A DNA stretch of 64,000 bases from Eledone cirrhosa (taxonomy: Eukaryota): assembly GCA_964016885.1 (NCBI GenBank), contig OZ024750.1, positions 4,526,001 through 4,590,000 on the forward strand. The letters run 5' to 3'. The translations under genes and the position numbers were made by a program. The notes beneath the pieces were generated by a model. It ran no database searches, was not told the DNA's origin, and saw only the letters and a program-made list of their open reading frames with translations. Shown piece by piece: positions 57,197-64,000 of this stretch; the stretch's first letter is position 1; the number at the start of each line of letters is the position of its first letter.

Positions 57197-57457
57197 AAAG
57201 TCAGCTCAAAAGTGACACAGAGGAGACTGAGGTTAGCTGGACATGCTCACCAACATCCAGAGTTGACATTGCACTCAGTGCTCTTGTGGGAGCCCCTACA
57301 TGGACACACTGGAAGAGGAAGACCAAGGTTAATGTATGTTGATGCTCTAAGGACAGACACTAGTCTGTTGGAGACGCAGGACATGGCAGCGATAATGAGG
57401 GACAGAGGCCGCTGGAGAGAACTCTTCCATGGATCTCGGGAATTTTACCCGCCCTAG
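57197..57457 (+). mobile_element. LINE (RTE/RTE-X-like) RT C-terminal fragment
   Basis: Translates as RRLRLAGHAHQHPE...VLLWEPLHGHTGRGRPRLMYVDALRTD...MRDRGRWR, a typical non-LTR RT C-terminus, with a stop followed by (TA)n. Confidence 0.85.
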
Positions 57458-57833
57458 ATATATATATATAATAAAATGTTATAGCATCGTAAAAGAGGAT
57501 AGAAAGAAGAGGTATAAAGAGGTGTGATATATATCATCATCATCATTTCATTTTACGTCCGCTTTTTCCCTGCTTGCAAGGGTGGGACGGGAACTGATTC
57601 TGGCTTGATTACAACAGCTGGATGCCCTTCCTAACACCAACCTCATTTACAGTGAGTGCTGGGTGCTTTTTTGCCGTGGCACCTCCACGACCACTTTGCA
57701 GTGGAATGATAGGGAACCCAGTCCCTATCATCTCATTTCTACAGCTGAGTAAACTGGAGCAATGTGAAATAAAGTGTCTTGCTCAAGGAAACAACACATC
57801 ACCCGGTCTGAGAATTGAACTCACAACCTTTCG

Positions 57834-57931
<98 letters not shown>

Positions 57932-58229
57932 CAAATGGAACCATTGAATTGAGAAAGGCATGAACCCTTAACAGGAAGACTGAAGACTGGGTTGTCGGGT
58001 TGATGGGAAGAAGGTATAGATTATACCTGAGCCTTGGCTTCATTCTGTTTGCTAAAGAATATATTTAGTGAAAGATAAGCTGAAAGACCCTTAAGCATTG
58101 GAACTTAGATTTCCTTGATACACAGGCACATACACATACATATATACATACACACATACATATATATATATACACACATACATACATATATATATATATA
58201 TACACACATACACATATATATATATATAT

Positions 58230-58280
<51 letters not shown>

Positions 58281-60861
58281 CACCCATATATATACACCCA
58301 TATATATATATATATATACCCAGTAAGCTGCAGTACCAGATGACTTGACTGCCAGTTTTCAGGTTCAGGTATTAAATCATACACACACACACATCACATC
58401 ACACACCACACCCACCACACACACACACACATCACATCACACACCACACCCACCACACACACACACACATCACATCACACACCACACCCACCACACACAC
58501 ACACACATCACACACTCACACCACACACGCACACACACATACACACCCACAGCCATCACTTCCTGTTTACTATCATTGCTTACATTTATTGAAGTTTCAT
58601 CACATCACCACCACTACCACCACTACCACTACCATCACCACCACTGCCCACCACCATCCATCACCACCACTACCACCACTGCCACTACCATCACCACCAC
58701 TGCCCACCACCATCCATCACCACCACTACCACCACTGCCCACCACCATCCATCACCACCACTACCACCATCCATCACTACCACCACTACCACCACCACTG
58801 CTACCACCACCACCACCACCACCACCCATCACTACCACCACCACCACCACCACTGCTACCACCACCACCACCCATCACTACCACCACTGCTACCACCACC
58901 ACCACCAACACTACCATCACCCCCTCCACCACCACTGCTGTCTCCAGTCGAGGCCAGTCCATCTCCCCAATCCTAATGCCACACCCACCATCACCACCAT
59001 CCCACCAACTCATCTCCTCCCTGCTGTATCTCAACAACACTCAACCCTAAATCTAGTAGAAATATAATATCCTTAGTTATCTCCCCCTCATCCCTATTCT
59101 GCCCCACCACCACTAAATATCTACATGACCATAAACATTTCATTGGGAAAGGGGGGGGGGGGATAGCCCCTTTAAAAAAAATTCACTTCAACCCCCCCCC
59201 CCCCACTCCTGATAAGGAAATATAAAAATAACAAAAAAAATATATATAATTAATAAAAAAAAATGAAAAATAAACAACAAACAATAACAAGAAAAACAAA
59301 CAACAGAAGCAACAACAACAACAAACAATAACAAGAAAAACAAACAACAGAAGCAACAACAACAACAACAACAAATACACCAGTGACAGCAACACCAACA
59401 ACAGCAGCAATAACAACACCAACAGAAGCAACAACGATAATAGCAACAAATACAAATGTTTATAGTATCTTTACTAGTGGACAGATTGTTGTGAAAATTT
59501 GTGAAGACATTAATTTTTAATATAATGTAGTCATAGAACTGTTTTATACTTTTCAAGAATGTCTTGCAAATGTGGTTTCATGTGGTTTATTAATTCAAAT
59601 ATTTATATTTACTAGTTGTGGACATTTGCAATATTAGAGTAAAGACTTTAATTTTTAATGTTTTGTACTTTTCAAGAATGTTTTGCAAATGTGGTTTCAT
59701 GTGGTACAGGATGTTAGGAGTTGACCTTTCTCAAAAACTCATCTTTTGAGAGAAACTAGCTCTTTGGAGGGATTTAGTAATATAATTAACTTTCTCATTA
59801 TTAAGTTGGTGTTTGGAACATAACTAAATAAAGGTTCTTACACGAAATTATAATGAAAGGATTTTAGTTAAATATAAACACTTTTGTATCATAGAACCAG
59901 GGGCAGTTTCAGGTTGTTTGGTATCAGAAAGGTTAAGGAGAGTACCTCATGTCTTTCTCTAGATTTGACCACAGAAACCATTTCTTTCAAAGAGAAAGAG
60001 AGAAGAGGGGAGAGAAAGTGAGAAAGAGAGGGAAGAGGGAAGGAAGAGAGGTAAGAGAGAGAGAGAGAAACAAAGAAGACAAATTGTCCCCAATATTAAA
60101 CTGGTATTTTATTGACCTCGAAAAGATGAAGGGATGTAAGTTGACCTCAGCAGAATTTGAACTCAGAGAACAGATAGCTGGAACAAACACCACAAGGCAT
60201 TTTATTCACCATTTTAACAACTCTACCAATTTACCTCCTCAATCTACTAAACCATTAACAGGATGGAAAATAAATATATAAACAAACAAACAAATAAATA
60301 GATAAATAAATGTTATCCGTTAAGTTAAAATTAACCATTAGACAAAAGGGGAGAAAAGCTGTTGAGAAGAAACGCAGTTGTCAGAACCAATTATTACTCA
60401 ATACAACACTATATCTGTGGAATATTCCAGTTGGAAACACTAGTGGATGGCGGCTTTTACTGCTGCCTGCTGCCATTGTTTATGGAATTTTCAGAAAGAT
60501 TATTTAATATACTTATCCTAAAACTGAAAAAGATTAATAATACTTCCAACACCACCAACAACACCGCCATGGCCCCTGCTAGCTCTCCATGCTCCCCCCT
60601 TCTCGCTGCTCTCTCTCCTTGCCCCCCTCACGCTGCTCTCTCTCTCTCCCATCATGCACTTTCACATGCTGTTTTGGCAGTCACTTCTGTCAGTTCTGTA
60701 GTCTTCACTTTGTATTTCCACTTGCTGACTGTCTTTACTATAGCTTCAAGCTAATAATTTAATGTACTAATATAAAAGTCTGCTACTTATCTTTCACTCA
60801 ATCTCCACTATATATATATCTATATATATATATATATATAAAGTATATATATATATATATA

Positions 60862-60932
<71 letters not shown>

Positions 60933-61182
60933 ATATATATATGTGTATTGTCTATATACCATATACTTTCATATCCAGCCAGTTACCTATATCTCCATTT
61001 GTTTGCCTGTCTTTGAGATTCTGTTTTATATGTTTCAACTTCTGGCAGAATATTTAACCCTCTTGATACCAAATCACCCTGAAACTATCCTTCATTCTAC
61101 GGATACAAAACTGTTTGTTTTAAAGTGTTTATATTTACTTAAAAAACCTTCCATCATAATTTTAGGAAAAAACATTTCTTAA

Positions 61183-61592
61183 CCCTTTAGTGTTTACATT
61201 ACTCTATATATACTATTGTATTTTTGTGGTAAAGGCTTTACCTTACATAGTTCCAAATCTACGAGATTTTGATGTTATTTATTTTGAGAAAAATACCCTA
61301 ACATCATAATGAGTGGTCAGTTATGGCCAGTTTGAACAGAAAGAGGTGACGAAATTCTGGCTGGATACGGCCGGTTTAACCCTTTAGCATTTAAACCGGC
61401 CGTATCCGGCCAGTATTTTCTCACCTTTTTCTGTGTAAACCAGCTCTAACCGGCCACTCATACAGATGTTAAGGTATTGTTCTCAAACTAAATAACATCG
61501 AAATCTAAATAGATTCGATATTATGAGAGATAAAGTCCTTACCATGATAAAATACAATAGTATATTTATAGAGTAATGTAAATACTAAAAGG
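61183..61592. mobile_element. Head-to-head dimer of piggyBac-like MITE P1
   Basis: Two inverted P1 copies joined at TTAA 61376-61379, with TTAA at both outer ends. Confidence 0.8.
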
Positions 61593-61643
61593 TTAAAATA
61601 TATTCCAAACACCAGCTAAATAATGAGAAATTTAGTTATAATA

Positions 61644-61875
61644 CTTCTTCTTCACCCACTTATTCCTGAGCGGTTTGTGGAAGCAGTCCTCAAACACTCC
61701 CTCTAGCAGGTCCTGTCAGAAGCAACTATCTCTAACTGATTCTCCTGGATCCCCAAGCGTGACCAGCCAAGCTCATGGATGTTATCCAACCATCTTGCTT
61801 GGGGTCTACCCCTGGGTCTCCTGCCCATAAAATCTGTCCAGCGATTCTTTCCTGAGACATTCTAACCACATGCCC
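61644..61875 (-). mobile_element. RTE LINE 3' end, same family as 13364-13653
   Basis: Translates as GHVVRMSQERIAGQIL / GRRPRGRPQARWLDNIHELGWSRLGI, with a (GAA)n tail. Confidence 0.85.
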
Positions 61876-62106
61876 TCAAAATTCTTGATTGTTTTCAAAA
61901 TAATTTGAAAATCACAGGAAGTGTCTTTCATTAGAAATATGGTAATGAAAAGGTTAAAATTCTGTTGGCCTGAAAGTTTCAATGTCTACCTATCTTCTAT
62001 CTTCTAGATTCCATTTTAGAGATGGTAATGAGGGTGCCACTATGGACCTTGATAACGAAACTCAGTGGCGCGATGGGGTTGGACTCTGCTAAAGTCAACC
62101 AAAGAC

Positions 62107-62544
62107 CATTTACATTGCTCTAAATTTACTATTATATTTTCACAGTAAAGGCTTTACCTTACATAATTATTTCACATAATATCGAATCTACGAGATTTTG
62201 ATATTAATTTATTTTGAGAACAATACCTTAACATCAATATGAGTGACCAGTTACAGCCGGGTTGAACAGAAAGAGTTGAGAGTATTCTGGCTGGATATGG
62301 CCGGTTTAAATGCTAAAGGATTAACCCTTTAATGTTCAAACCGGCCAAAACCGGCCAGAATTCTCTACCACTTTCTGTTGAAACTGGCTGTAACTGGTTG
62401 CTCAAACTGATGTTAAGGTATTGTTCTCAAAATAAATACTTTCAAAATCTCATAGATTCGATATTATGTGAGATAATTATGTGAGATAAAGCATTTACCA
62501 TGAAAATAAAATAGTATATATAGAGTAATTTAAATGTTAAAGGG
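62107..62544. mobile_element. Second head-to-head dimer of MITE P1
   Basis: Inverted copies share TTAA 62321-62324, and the dimer ends aagggttaa. Confidence 0.8.
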
Positions 62545-63519
62545 TTAAACTGTGCAGCAGATTCTGTCAACCAGCACCACTGCATCTGCTGCTAAATTCC
62601 TAACTTTTCAATACAAAGCCTTACATAGAATATGGTGCAGCTGTAATTGTTGTACCTAGTCACATGGTAATCCTTCAACAGAATATTTTAAAATAAAGTC
62701 AATATTTTTTATTAATTTCTATTATAATCACCATTACCATTATTATTATTGTGATTAGTAATATTATCATTATCAACATTCTTATCATCATCACCAGCAC
62801 CATCACCATCATCACCATCATCACCAACATCACCAACACCATCACCACCATCGCCATCATCACCAGCACCATCACCATCATCACCATCATCACCAACACC
62901 ATCACCACCATCGCCATCATCACCATCATCACCAGCACCATCACCATCATCACCATCATCACCAGCACCATCACCATCATCACCACCACTGTCATCATCA
63001 TCATCAATTTAATTACTAGTGTAGCTTCAAAAAATGATATTATATCTTCTTACAAAGATAATATCCTTTTTAAGTCAGTTGATTGTTTGGTTAAAAGTCC
63101 CCCCCCCCCCACAAAAAACACAGACGAAAGTGATGGGGGGGGGGTTAAAGTTTTTATTATTCACTATTATAGTTTGTTGTTGTTGTTGTGGTGATGGTGG
63201 TGGTTGGTGTTGTTATTGTGGTTGTTGTTATTGTGGTGGTAGTGGTTGTTGTTGTGGTGATGGTGGTGGTTGGTGTTGTGGTGATGGTGGTGGTTGTTGT
63301 GGTGATGGTGGTGGTTGGTGTTGTTATTGTGGTGGTAGTGGTTGTTGTTATTGTGGTGGTAGTGGTTGTTGTTGTGGTGGTGGTGGTGTTGTTATTGTGG
63401 TGGTTGGTGTTGTTGTTATTATGGTGGTAGTTGTTGTTGTTGCAATATATGTTGTGTTCCATAACAGTGAGTCTCTACTAAAAACCGATTGTACCTGACA
63501 CTGAAGTTTCATCTCATTC

Positions 63520-64000
63520 ACACATACACACATAGTGATATATTTACACACACACAGTGATATATTTACACACACACAGTGATATATTTACACACACACA
63601 GTGATATATTTACACACACACAGTGATATATTTACACACACACAGTGATATATTTACACACACACAGTGATATATTTACACACACATAGTGATATATTTA
63701 CACACACACAGTGATATATTTACACACACACAGTGATATATTTACACACACATAGTGATATATTTACACACACACAGTGATATATTTACACACACATAGT
63801 GATATATTTACACACATACAGTGATATATTTACACACACACAGTGATATATTTACACACACATAGTGATATATTTACACACATACAGTGATATATTTACA
63901 CACACACAGTGATATATTTACACACACATAGTGATATATTTACATACATACAGTGATATATTTACACACACACAGTGATAAATTTACACACATACAGTGA
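63520..64000. repeat. 22-24-bp minisatellite (cacacacagtgatatattta)
   Basis: About 20 tandem units running off the window edge. Confidence 0.95.

Larger units (their letters stand above)
61058..61953. mobile_element. TTAA-flanked MITE (family P2) carrying nested insertions
   Basis: Bounded by ttaa-ccctc...aaagg-ttaa. The pieces 61058-61178 and 61597-61640 are collinear with the inverted related copy at ~59790-59935. Confidence 0.6.

Noticed and set aside
63520-64000. Regular repeat at the window end
   Set aside because: A simple minisatellite whose variation is only in CA count; not CRISPR or telomeric.

Overview
AT-rich, microsatellite-dense eukaryotic genomic DNA. Its repeat content (tRNA-derived SINEs with a Meta-like core, RTE LINE relics, long (AT)n/(CA)n/(TACA)n tracts) looks like an Octopus/cephalopod genome, which is an inference. 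No convincing host protein-coding exon was found, and almost all ORF-track entries are translated microsatellites. The main unexpected signal is about 10 to 12 type I hammerhead ribozyme (HHR) motifs on both strands, from several unrelated sequence families. They sit in short unique islands inside (AT)n/(TCTA)n tracts, often with fold-back inversions. At least five have a complete catalytic core plus stems I, II and III (647-699 -, 37418-37488 -, 37602-37672 +, 37964-38028 +, 44858-44974 -). Most share a palindromic stem III of the dimer-forming type. The pattern fits pseudo-LTRs of microsatellite-targeting Penelope-like retroelements, and one copy has a decayed GIY-YIG-like C-terminus upstream. 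Also present: two non-autonomous Helitrons, piggyBac-like and Tc1/mariner-like MITEs (nested and head-to-head), RTE LINE fragments, (TCTA)n-associated LINE 3' ends, several minisatellites and palindromes, a few candidate non-coding/UTR exons and regulatory motifs, and a 200-N assembly gap.
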